Of a DNA stretch of 64,000 bases, positions 1 through 10,429 are shown piece by piece. The notes beneath the pieces are model-generated. The model saw nothing but the letters and a program-made list of their open reading frames with translations, was not told the DNA's origin and ran no database searches. The position numbers were made by a program, and so were the translations under genes. Source of the stretch: Mobula birostris. Taxonomy: Eukaryota. The stretch lies in the NCBI RefSeq assembly GCF_030028105.1, contig NC_092395.1:43800459-43864458 (forward strand), written 5' to 3'. How positions within the stretch are numbered: position 1 is the first letter of the stretch; every line of letters starts with the position of its first letter.

Positions 1-2950
1 ATGCTCACCAACTAGGACTGCTATATTTGCAATATACCTTACCTTCAGAATATGCCCTAACAGGAAGGAATATCCCACACGTACCTGCCAATGAGATCTG
101 AACTGGCACTTGGCTACCAAAGGAACAATGGATAGATTGAGAGAGAATGGACAAAAGGGTTCTATCTGGAGCTTTTGAAGTGAAGTCCAATATTGCTCAG
201 GGACGTGCAATCTTCCAGTCAGTGATCTGTCATGAATTCAAGTCGGTAGATTTCCACACAAACATTGATTTTGGAGAATTGGTAAATGACTTAGCCCTTC
301 CATCATGCTCAGCCATTGATTCACATTATGGCTGATCATACTGTAACCTTAATGTCCCATTACTCCATGTTTCAGTAAACTTTCAACCTGTTCATTGTTT
401 AAAAATATGAATTCATTTTTCTTCCACAGCCCCGTAAGAAAAATAGTTTCAAAAGATTATTTGCTCTCTCAGAGAAACAAACAGCTTTGCATCTGTCCTA
501 AATAAACTGCTCCTGATTTTTAAACACTAACATTATGTTCTAGATGCTCTGATGAGACAAAACATCCTGTTCATAGTCTCCCTGCTGAGAACACTCTGGA
601 GCTGATGATCCAACCAATTTCCCTCGCAGTTTTCAAAATTCCAGTGGGTACAGGCCTCCCATTACCTCACAACATGACATAAGTATCAGAGAACTGAATC
701 CAATAAAAGGGAAGAAAGGAGACAGGAAGCAGTGTTCCTTCTTTCAACTAACAAAGATATTGAAGGGGACTATTAGGCATTGGATTTAGTCATATTTAGA
801 TAAGCATGTTCTTATTAGTAATAGTCACCCATGGATTGGAGCAGGGCTGAACATGCATTACAAATTGATGGGGGTTTTGGGGAGATGACAAAAATAATTG
901 ATGAAATTAGAGTTGTAGATGTTTTCTACATGAATTTTAGAACAGCATTTGACAAGCTTCTCAGGTAGCCTGTTTCAGAAAACTCATTCACTTTGTATCC
1001 ATGATAACATTTGACTAGATTTTAAATTGGTTGGGCATAGGAGACAGAAGATAGTACTGGATGGGGAATATCCACTTTGGAGGGCCATCGCTAGTGGTGT
1101 TCCATAGGAATCAGTACTTGGACCTCTGTTGCTTACGATTACAGAAAATGACGTGGATCAAATACAGAGTGGTTGATTCGTAGACTTGCCAGTGGAAACA
1201 TAAATACAGAGATTGCTTGCAGTTCCCCAATGTGATCTCACCAGGGCTTCTTTCAAAAGAAACACAGATAGGCTACCTAGACCTGATGACCACCCTGACC
1301 AGATGTACTGCAACCCAGGGTCGTGAAAGATGTATTTAAGAAGACTGTTGAGTTGAAGCATTAGTTGTGACCTTTCAAGAATCATTAGATTCTGGTATAG
1401 TTTCAGAGGAATGAAAAAAAAAATGAAAATATAACTCCATTCTTTAAGAAAGGAAGGAAATAAAAGGCAGGATAGTATATGCCACTAAGTCTGACTTCAG
1501 TGGCTTGCAAGATGTTAGATTTCATTTTTAAAAGTTAGATTTTTCAGTATTCGCAGACTCATGACAAAAGAGAGTTAAGTCAGTATGGTTTCCTAAAAGG
1601 GAAATCGAGCCTATAAGTTCTGTTTGAATTCTTTGAGTAAGTAACAGGCAGGATAAACAAAGGGGGGTAAGTGTAAGTTGTTTTAAATTAGATATTCAGA
1701 AGCTCTGACAAGAGGTCAATGTTATGACCACTTCTTTTCATGTTTTATGTCAATGATGTAGATGATGGAAGTAATAGCTTTATGGCCAAGTTTGTGGATA
1801 GGTGGAGAGCCATCAAGTGCTGAGGAAGTAGAGAGTATGCAGAAGGAATTGGAAAGATTCGGACAATGGGCATAAATGTAGCAGATAGAAGACAGTGAAA
1901 GGAAGTGTAAGGTCATGCTTGCTTCTAGACAATTTTCTTAACAGGGAACTATTCCAGAAATCAGAGATGCAAAGAGACTTGGGAGACCTAGTGCAGGATT
2001 CCATAATGGTTGACTTACAGGTTGAGTCAGTGCTATTGAAAGTAAATTGAGAGGACTACGATATAAAGGCAAGATGTAATGCTGAGGCTTCATAACGCAT
2101 TTGCTCAGACTGCACAAGGAGTATTGTGAGCAGTCTTATCTGGAAGTGGAAATGCTGTCACGGGAATGATCTCTGGAATGAAAGAATTATCATATGAGGA
2201 ATGATTGATTGTTCTGGACCTGTACTCACAGGAGTTTAGAAGAATATGTTGGATTTCATTGAAAGCTATCAAATACTGAACGGACTAGTAGAGTGGACAC
2301 GGAGAAGATGTTTCCAAGCGTGGGAGAATCTAGGACCAGGGACCAGAGCCTCAGAACATAAAGTCTATCCATTAGAACAGTAAAGAAGAGTGATGACTTC
2401 AACCAGAGACTGGTGAATATGTGCAATTCATTGCCACTGATAGCTGTGGAGGCCACGTTAATGGGTATATTTACAGCAAAGATTGATAAGTTATCGATTA
2501 GGAAGGACATCAAAGCTAAGGGGAGAAGGCAGGAGAATGGCGATGAGCACGGTGATAAATCAATCATAAATACATGGGATTGAGAAGGAACATTTATCAA
2601 TCATTCTTTGGGCCAAATGGCTTAGTTCTGCTCCTGTGCCGAATCATCTTCTAGTGATCTTATAGTGGAAGGAAGGTTATTGATGAAGCAGAAGGATGAA
2701 TGTGTTGCATGAGGAACTTCTGAGCGATATCCTGGGACTGCAATGTTTGACGTCAAGCAACCATAAAATCTTACGTTCAGTGAGATATGATTCCCTTTAC
2801 CGATATATTTTGCTCATAACATTGAGTCTTGATGGAATGTTTGAAAACAAAAATAGCGCCAATCAGGTTGCTTTACTCGGAACTGAATTGGGCTGAATGG
2901 ACTCATGATGTGTTTTGGTAAATTCTACCGTAAGGCCACAGGACATTGGA
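1..2950. repeat. Cluster-flank segmental duplication, copy A (distal flank of cluster 1)
   Basis: Aligns by eye (~75-80%) to 38400-39815 and to 53430-58060, including shared old CR1 fragments and their junctions. Confidence 0.8.
1370..2640 (+). mobile_element. Old CR1 LINE 3' fragment (shared with cluster 2 at 56480-57740)
   Basis: Degenerate CR1 RT/C-terminal sequence. Same 3' junction as in the cluster 2 copy. Confidence 0.7.
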
Positions 2951-3260
2951 GCAGAAACAGGCTATTCAGCTCATCGAGTCAGCTCCATCATGGCTGATTT
3001 ATTATTCCTCTCAACCCCATTCTTCTGACTTCTCCCCATAACGCCTTTACTAAATAAGAAACTGTCAACCGTTGTCAAAAAAAAAGGCATATTTCCCAAG
3101 TCATTATCCTAACGACTTGGACCCCAGCGCCGTCTGTGGCAATGAGTTCCGCAGATCCACTGCCGTCTGGCTAAAGAAATTCCTTTTCATCTCTGTTCTA
3201 AACGGACAGTCTTGTATTCTGAGATTGCGCCTGTCCTTAAATCACCCAATAACAATTGAA
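2940..3260 (-). mobile_element. CR1 3' end fragment
   Basis: Typical antisense CR1 tail (..ctggctaaagaaattcc..). The paralog is at 58050-58063 plus 61135-61415. Confidence 0.6.
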
Positions 3261-3573
3261 CAGTGAAGTTCATGCTGTAATATTTGATTAAAGGCTTTTT
3301 TCCAGTATAAAATTACTACTTAAATATTGTTTTACCTCTGCAGGAAGCAGAAAGGTATCACAGATTGGGAAGGACAACTTGGGAACAGGTCGGTGTGAGA
3401 TTTCTCTGTTTGATGGAAAAGATGGGGTTTGCTCATTGCAATTTCGGGTTTTAGTGAGTGTGTTTTCTCTATCAGAAACCCAACACGGCAGTTCCTGTGC
3501 TGTGGGATGGCCCTAGTCCCCACAAAAGCCAACGTATGTGCAAACTGCACAGATCTTTCTAAAGTCCATTTGA

Positions 3574-3644
3574 GTGTGTGTGTGCGTGTGTGTGTGTGTG
3601 TGTCTGTCTGTCTGTCTGTCTGTGTGGAGAGAGAGAGAGAGAGA
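3574..3644. repeat. Compound microsatellite (GT)n(CTGT)n(GA)n
   Basis: Seen directly; absent from the cluster 2 paralog. Confidence 0.95.
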
Positions 3645-4837
3645 AAGCAGGGAGCAGTGTAACACAGGAAGATAAAAAGGGAGAAGAGGACAGCAAGGGG
3701 AAGGAGGGGAAGGTTGTGTGAAATGAGGGGGAGGACATGAAGGAACAATTCGAGCTGTACCAGCATGGCCGGGTTCTCACTCTACCTCTCTTCAATAAGT
3801 AATGCTGACCCCACCTCTCACCTGCTTCCCTTATTGCGTTTCTGTCTCCTGGGCTTTTCCCCTCACCTCACCTTCTCTATCAGCTGTTTCCCTCTCTCTA
3901 TCCATCTCTCACTCCTTCTTTCTATATCTCTCTTTCTCTTACCCACATAATGTTCCTCTCCCTGCCACCAAATTTTCGGCTTCTCAAATGATGAACAGCA
4001 GGACTGTAGTCATTACTTGATATCCCCGCCCTTAATCACCAAGTGTTGACTAGCCCTTCACCGAGGTAGCCGGAAGTAGGTGAGTGGAGGTGGGCTTGCA
4101 GCATGGAAGCGAGCTGGTGGGAAGGGAGGTGAAGGATCAAAGTAGGAACAGTGCTCGTTAAATAAATGTAATGGCGCTGCCAATGGAGAAAGGCTGAGGG
4201 TCAGCCTAGGGTGCATTGAACGGAAGAGTGTTCGGTTGCAAAGAGAAGGCGGAGAGGGTGAGAGTGCGGCTGAGACAGTAAGGGAAAGGGGATCAGGAAC
4301 TAATGTGAAACAAATGCTTAACTATTCTGCCTCTGGACTCTTTCACCCCAAAGCCATCGTCTGAGAGATAGTGGAGTTACAGCTTTTAAACTTCTGAATG
4401 GGCAATTTTCATCCCTTGTAATCCAATTATTTCAGACAACCAGGTTTTCCCATTTGTCAGTATCGGTGATTACTGCCGAAACTTCACTAGCAGAGAACAT
4501 AGCTACAATATATCCCTCTCTCTACCAAATCTACTCCAGAACCTGAATAGTTGCAGCCATGTTAAGTTTATTTCCTTCGTTAAACTTCCCAAAACCAACT
4601 GTTGGCATCGCAGTCTTACAGTCAATACACCACACTGTCTTCAATGGTTCTTGCCGTCCTTCTTTGCTAATATTCGGTGTTCAAGGCTGCTGAAGAGAAA
4701 CTTTAAGAAACCAGGACACGAACCTAAGCAGAGAGACAAATCTCCTTTTGCTTCGCTCCCCCGTCTCGGTGTCAGAATTTAATAAACACGAAAGATGACA
4801 AAACGCACACATGGAAATCATTCCTGCATTGATCATA

Positions 4838-4907
4838 TTTATTGCTAGTTAGTCACCGTTACCTTCTGTTAGTCTGAAACTGAGGGCGAATCACAAAAAC
4901 ATTTATT
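4838..4907 (-). terminator. Tandem polyadenylation signals of cluster 1 (AATAAA at 4907-4902 and 4843-4838)
   Basis: Two AATAAA hexamers ~290 and ~350 nt after the C stop. Both are conserved in cluster 2, and the distal one is followed by a GU-rich tract. Confidence 0.7.
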
Positions 4908-5195
4908 AATTATTCTAATTAATCTAAATCCCAGTGCCAGAGAAACCTTTCACCGCCTGAAATTTCCAAAAGCCATGGAACTATCCACTTTAACACCGCG
5001 TAGCTTCTCCGTAGGAAAAATGACAAAATCAGCCTCAAATCAGAGTACAAATATTCCAACATCACAGTGGAAACTACAGGGAGCGGAACAGAAGGGAAGT
5101 ACAGTGAAGAGCGAGTAAGAGTGGTAGAGGTGAAAGATACAAGGCCATGATCTCCCGTTAATCGGGGAATAAACTAGGCCGAAGCCACGCTCTGT

Positions 5196-5518
5196 TTAAC
5201 AGCTGGATTGTGTGACTGTTGCGGATATTGTCGAGGCTGCTCCTTGTTGAACTGAGCAGGAGTACCTCTTCCCACTGCTCCAGTCTGCGCCGGGCACCGT
5301 CAGGTAGCTGCTGAGACTGAAGGTTTTGTCCGCGTTCTGAGTCACCCCGCCGGTTTGCACCTCACTGCTCGTCGGACTGTCGTTCACTGTCCAGCTGACG
5401 ACAGGGAAGCCTATCGACAATTTACTGACCAGGCAAACTAAGGTGCCCTCTCCTTTAGCCGAGATCTCTTCGGCCGACGGCCCAAGCAGTTTCACTATAG
5501 GGTCCAGGAGTTGCTGAT
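5196..5518 (-). CDS. IGL: Ig light chain cluster 1, constant-domain exon
   Basis: Acceptor ttcattttgcAG at 5520-5519, phase matches the J exon. (D)QQLLDPIVKLLGPS..TLVC..VSW..FSLSSYL..YSC..VTQSSC*, with the terminal inter-chain Cys and TAA at 5196. Confidence 0.95.
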
Positions 5519-6550
5519 CTGCAAAATGAACAAGAGAAGACGTGTTTCAAAATAACAGAAGATTTCACACTTTAACGGAAGCTCAAGTTAAACATTCCAG
5601 CTTCATCGACTTTGGCCAAGTATCTCACGGAGGGACGGGGACCAGGGGGAGTTAGAGATGCGGAGAAGGACCCTTCATGCTTGCCAACTAGAAATCTATT
5701 CCAACCGGTGAGGATGCTAGGTCCTGAGTCATTAACGGAGTTGAGAGACACACTGGCATCAAAATGCCCCAGAGTAGTGCCCACTCTCTGTGCCATCAGC
5801 CCCTTTATCATTCTCGATAAAGGTCTCTCAGTCCAGTATGGCAGTGGGCAGTAGGGCTGTGTTTATTTAGTTGAGTCCATTCTCAGTTATTGACACAAGA
5901 TAACAGAGGCCACTGATAATTGCTGAGCGCTGTATTTCAAGTTCCTCCTCCACCCTCGGTCCTATCCACCATCAGAAATGGCCTCGCTGCTGTCGGGAGA
6001 TTAAACACAAGCCACAATCTGTCTTCCCCGAAATGGGCGAGAACACCAAATGCACGGTCCCGAGCTACATTGAACGAGGTAGGGTAGGTCGCTCTGTGAT
6101 CTGGGATGATGTCGAGGGATTTTGCTCCCAATCTCTGTGGTGATGGGGAGGTTGGAGTCCCCGCAGAATGAGAGCTCTGGTCATAGTCGGTGTAGTGGCC
6201 TGGATCACTGAACAGCGGCCCCTGAAAAAAATAGCAGCGCAGAGGGGAACACGTGGCAGGAGAGGAGGCAAGGACTGGGAAGTGGGAGAGCGTCGTTCAA
6301 TGGATGGGTACTGGATGAGAGTTTGTCCGAAATGACAACCGAAAAGAGAAATGCTTCATTGAAAGACGGAAACGATTCACCGAGCACAACTCTATCGAGT
6401 AAAACTGACACTGGACACGGAACATGATTTGATTATAAATCAACATTTTCACTGTAAAATTCTCAGGTATTAATAATAACGTTACAATTATTAAATGCCA
6501 GTGACAGTATTCATGCCGTGGTTATTCAGGATTTTATTCCCGTCACTTGC
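5519..6550 (-). other. J-C intron (1032 nt) with non-canonical GC donor
   Basis: The exon end reads GTT GCC G|GCAAGT. This is the position that gives a phase-1 join in frame with C. The acceptor is canonical. Confidence 0.8.
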
Positions 6551-6907
6551 CGGCAACAAAGAGCGTGGTCCCTCGGCCGAACCCGACAGTATTGGTCGAT
6601 TCAAGCCACTTTCCGCAGTAATAGAGGGCGGCGTCACCCTTTTCCGTGTTCTTTATGATCAACTGGTACTCGGTGGCGGCGCTGTTGGCTGTCGATGTGA
6701 AACGGTCGCTGCCGAACCCAGGGCCGTAGATTGGGGTACTCAAGGAGTAATAGTGATATAGGATCCACTGTGTAACTGTTCCTGGAGTCTGCTTGTACCA
6801 ACCCACATAATAGCCATCATCTGTTCCGATGTTACAATTCAGCGTGGCCGTGGTTCCTGGAAATACCGACACGCTTGGAGGCTGAGTCAGAGTCTGAGCC
6901 TCTCCAA
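6551..6907 (-). CDS. IGL: Ig light chain cluster 1, pre-joined V-J exon (sigma/sigma-cart group, most likely sigma-cart = type I)
   Basis: Open frame (F)GEAQTLTQPPSVSVFPGTTATLNC..WYKQ..YGPGFGSDRFTS..DAALYYC-GKWLESTNTVG-FGRGTTLFVA. Both V cysteines, the Trp, and the FGXG J motif lie in one exon with an 11-aa CDR3 and no RSS. The long CDR2 and YGPGF.SDRFTS motif are typical of the sigma-type lineages; the exact isotype is inferred. Confidence 0.93.
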
Positions 6908-7010
6908 CTGTGAAAGAACAGGAATTCAACTTTAAGGACTGACTCTTTAACGTGACCCCAAAACCCACTCCAGCAAACACAGGCGGTGCAGACTTGCTGC
7001 CTGTACTTAC

Positions 7011-7056
7011 AGCCCAGCCACACTGACAGAGACCAGAAAAAACACAGCGTCCGCAT
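7011..7056 (-). CDS. IGL: Ig light chain cluster 1, leader exon (MRTLCFFWSLSVWLG + 1 nt)
   Basis: ATG at 7056, hydrophobic signal peptide, 46-nt exon ending in a canonical phase-1 donor T|GTAAGT (7010). The 103-nt intron ends in tgttctttcacAG (6908). Confidence 0.93.
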
Positions 7057-7136
7057 TGTTGTTGCCCCTTAGCTTCTGCTTCCGTTCTGCCGGTGGATCT
7101 GTGATGGGCTGTGGCCGCCGCTGCCAATGGAACCCA

Positions 7137-7143
7137 GTTATAG
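7137..7143 (-). promoter_or_regulatory. TATA-like box (CTATAAC)
   Basis: TATAA on the minus strand between the octamer and the leader ATG. Confidence 0.65.
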
Positions 7144-7168
7144 AGCCATTCGTTCTAGGAGGAAATCC

Positions 7169-7178
7169 ATGCAAATCA
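7169..7178 (-). promoter_or_regulatory. Ig light-chain promoter octamer/decamer (TGATTTGCAT)
   Basis: Perfect ATTTGCAT within the TNATTTGCAT decamer, ~113 nt upstream of the ATG and ~27 nt upstream of a TATA-like box. Confidence 0.9.
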
Positions 7179-7636
7179 CGGCGACTCCCACTGACCAACC
7201 AGAGGAAGGATTGGAAGCCCTCCCATTCACCGTCACACGCCACCGGATTGAGGCGATGATACCATCAGTAACTGACATATCTGTTCAAGACAACGTGCAG
7301 ATGAGCAGGTCGTTCATTGTCTGACATTTCTCATACTCTCCCCTCATTTCCTTGATTTCATCTCTCGGAACAGAGATGCCTCTCACGCTTCCAGTTACAA
7401 CAGGGTAGAAGGTGCAGAATACCGGATCCCACATCGGTCATTCAATATTGCGTTCAAACCCTCCCTGGCACCCTCTCAGGGTTGCTGCTGCTGGCGCAGG
7501 GTGTGGCCCATCCCTTGCTCCTCTAGTTTGGAAAACACCCGGACTATCTTCCGGGAGCTTCTGGGAATCGAAGATTGAGCCAGGAAGACGGTTCACAATG
7601 CACAGTCCTTGGAGAATCAAGGCAAAATCATACCTG

Positions 7637-7870
7637 TTGTGTAGTTAATACTCAGTATTATTTGCTTAATATTTTACTTATTTCAGTACATACATAGTTT
7701 AACTGAGCATTTTTATTTGTTTAAATAAATAATTACGAGATATATGTATAGATGCGTGAACTGCATAGGTCAACAAGCTACACCTAATAGATGCGCTGCT
7801 GGCTTAAAGTAAAACACGACATTAGACTGATGTTTCGAACTGCAGTGTCTTCCTTTGAATTAGCTTAAAA
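7637..7870 (+). mobile_element. LTR fragment (same family as 40239-40470), truncated by Tx1
   Basis: Begins TGTTG. Shares agcatt.tttatttgtttaaa, tatatgta and gcttaaagtaaaa with the LTR at 40.2-40.5 kb. Confidence 0.55.
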
Positions 7871-8800
7871 GTACGAAATGCCGTCCTCACGTTGGACGGC
7901 ATCTTTATGTGTGGTTGCCTCAGAATGTGCGTGGCACCTAAGTACATGGCTACCAACTACGTTTTTCGCGGTCCTTTCTGTTCCCGGTTTTGCGAAAAAT
8001 GTGTCTGGCCCCGTTACAGCGTAATGTCTCAACCAGCTAAACGGTGCCTTTCTACGTGTTCTTTGTGGAAAAAAAAAAGTTCATCCAGATCAACACTTTT
8101 GACTATAGGCCAACTCGTCAGTGGTCAACACAGAACGTCCTACAGACACTACAGCAGAAGGACTCGATGTGTACGATGAGGTTGTTCCCTGAGCAGGCTT
8201 GTCAGATCATTTAGCAGAACTCTCATCGCCAGACCTCACCACTAGGCACCAAGGCCTTCTTTGGCAAGCGGAGTGAGGGGCTCTCACAGTCAGATCCCTA
8301 TTGTATGCCCGGAATATCACTGTCGCTGTGCGTTCCCCGTGAGAGGACTCTTGTTGGGATGAGACAGTCACTCGCCTAACTTTGCGGACTGCGGGGTTGC
8401 AAAGAAGGTATGAAGAAAAGTGCTAGGGCCTGCTTCACGGTTCATTCCGAGCAGCAGCGTGCCGGAAAATTATCTGATCCACTGAACATTCCCAACGGCA
8501 CATCGTGAGACAGATTATGAAGTGCCGCTGAAAGATTATCAACTCGGCGAAATACGCCCTTTGGTCTGCACGGAAGTAGTTGGGCTGGTCATCGAGATGT
8601 TGGTGGATCAATGGTGCCAATGGGCACATTTCAGGCTGCAGGAGTACGTGCTGAGGATGCATTGAAGCTTGGTGCAGCCACCACAAGGGATTGGTGGGGA
8701 AGGGCCACAGTGTAGGGATCGGAAGAGGGATGGTTTGACGAGGAAAACCCTCAATTATTGCAGCAAGTCTCCGATCCAATGGGACCACATAAATTGAAAA
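7870..8800 (+). mobile_element. Tx1-clade LINE, 3' ORF2 fragment
   Basis: Frameshifted peptides CVAPKYM.., SSPDLT.., KIINSAKYALWSARK..LQEYVLRDALKLGAATT match the Tx1 ORF2 C-terminus. Confidence 0.7.
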
Positions 8801-9539
8801 GTACTTAATGAATTTCCTCAGAATGAAAAGGTATTACAAGGTTTACTCTTCTAAACATTTTTTATTATGAATAAGGTTTATTTTGGTGAAAATAACCTTT
8901 GCAGTATCATCTGAAATGACTGTGCCCGACTCCAGAACCACACTATGCCCTCTGCAGTGGCCTGCCAACCCAACCCATTGATACAGCCACTTATAGGAGG
9001 CCTTCACCGAAACCTCCTCTAGGCACCATTGGATGGGCAATAAATATACAAATAAGCAAGAATGTGGAATATCTGAGGTTGACCAGAGTACCAGGATCTG
9101 GAGCAATGCTGTACTAGGAAACGCAGAACAGGAGGTAATGTCCCAGTGAGGTTATACATGCATTGATCTTCTTTGAATACCCAAGTAAATAAATCAGTCT
9201 GTTGAGTAAGAAAGGCAATATGTCCTCAAATAGTTGGAAGGGGAATCTCAGTTCTGTAGGAATGGACACCCATATGACGATGGTCATCCTGTAGCTAAAG
9301 TGATTGCATGCACTGGGGAGACTGGGATATCACCAGACAGACAGAGAAGCAGGTAAATGGGTCAGGAGACCCCTGAAGATAACTTTCCCTCTAACTGTAT
9401 GATATTCAGAGTACTGTTTGGGGATACTATTCCTCTAGGTACAGAGGATTGGCCAGGCAAATGAATTCATTGTGCAGGCAGAGGACCAGGAAGAGGAAGA
9501 AGTCTTCATTTGTAGAGCAGAATATCAAACTGCTCATGA

Positions 9540-9870
9540 AAGTAATAGGCCTCTTCCACATGTGGCAAAAATGGTGTCAACTTGAACTAAACCAATTTGC
9601 TTCCACCAGGTCTATATACCTGCTAAATTCCTTCGTATGCTGCAGTTTCCTTCTGCATGTTAAAGAACTGTAGTTTGGTAGATTAACTAGCTGCTGTAAA
9701 TTCCCCCATGTATGTGTCGGTGACTGCTGCAATCAAAGGGACCTTGAATAGAATGTTAAGGTAAGGAAATGGAATGGGATTAATGCATAGTTCGACTAAA
9801 TGCAGGATTGATGGCTACCACTGACAGGTTGGGCTGAAGGGCCTGGTTCCATGCCGTATGAATGTCACAT
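9540..9870 (+). mobile_element. SINE relic with CR1-type tail
   Basis: SINE core (..gtttcc..tgtaaattccccc..) ending in gggctgaagggcctggttccatgccgtat. Confidence 0.5.
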
Positions 9871-10429
9871 GTTACATTGTGAAGGTGAAGCAGAATATTG
9901 TAAACAGCAAGCATTTAAGGAGGTAGTAGGAATATTAGAGAGCAGAACAAGGATGGTGGTTAATTCCCCTGCTTCACTTTGTGGGTGTAGTAAACTGTAG
10001 ATAAATGTTTGTCTGAATAAATAGTGCAGAAGGATGCCTGAAGACCATGGGTGATTAGGATCTGTTCATGGGTTTGCGCATGTGTGTGTATGGGAGGGAG
10101 AGGTGTGTTGGTGTACACGGTTCCGGCCGGACTGAGGGGCCAGAATTGTGACCAGTGTTGTGTAATGCAGATGGAAGTAAAAAAGTCTAAAAAGGAATAA
10201 GGTGAGATAAGTATCTCCAGAGCAGAAATAAACATCTTTATAGAAAGGACAAAATAATGATAAAATACAAGAAGATTCACACAAGATTTACGGAATGGGC
10301 AAATTCAAGATGTTAATGAAACAAAACTGATGAACTGTGTGCTGATAATATTGTGATAACTTACATCTATTCAGATTTTGTGGGATCTGAAGCAGCTAAT
10401 GAGGTTAATGTGAGAACCACAGACTCTTC

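Noticed and set aside
3332-3795. Overlapping ORFs of 77-144 aa
   Set aside because: Products of the microsatellite and purine-rich tract.
5063-5069. CACAGTG heptamer in the 3' UTR (also 63097-63103, 36395 and CACTGTG at 52074)
   Set aside because: No ACAAAAACC-like nonamer at a 12- or 23-nt spacing, so these are not RSSs.
6908-7127. N-terminal extension of the 194-aa ORF 6543-7127
   Set aside because: It reads through the 5' UTR and leader intron. The real leader is in another frame with canonical splice sites.
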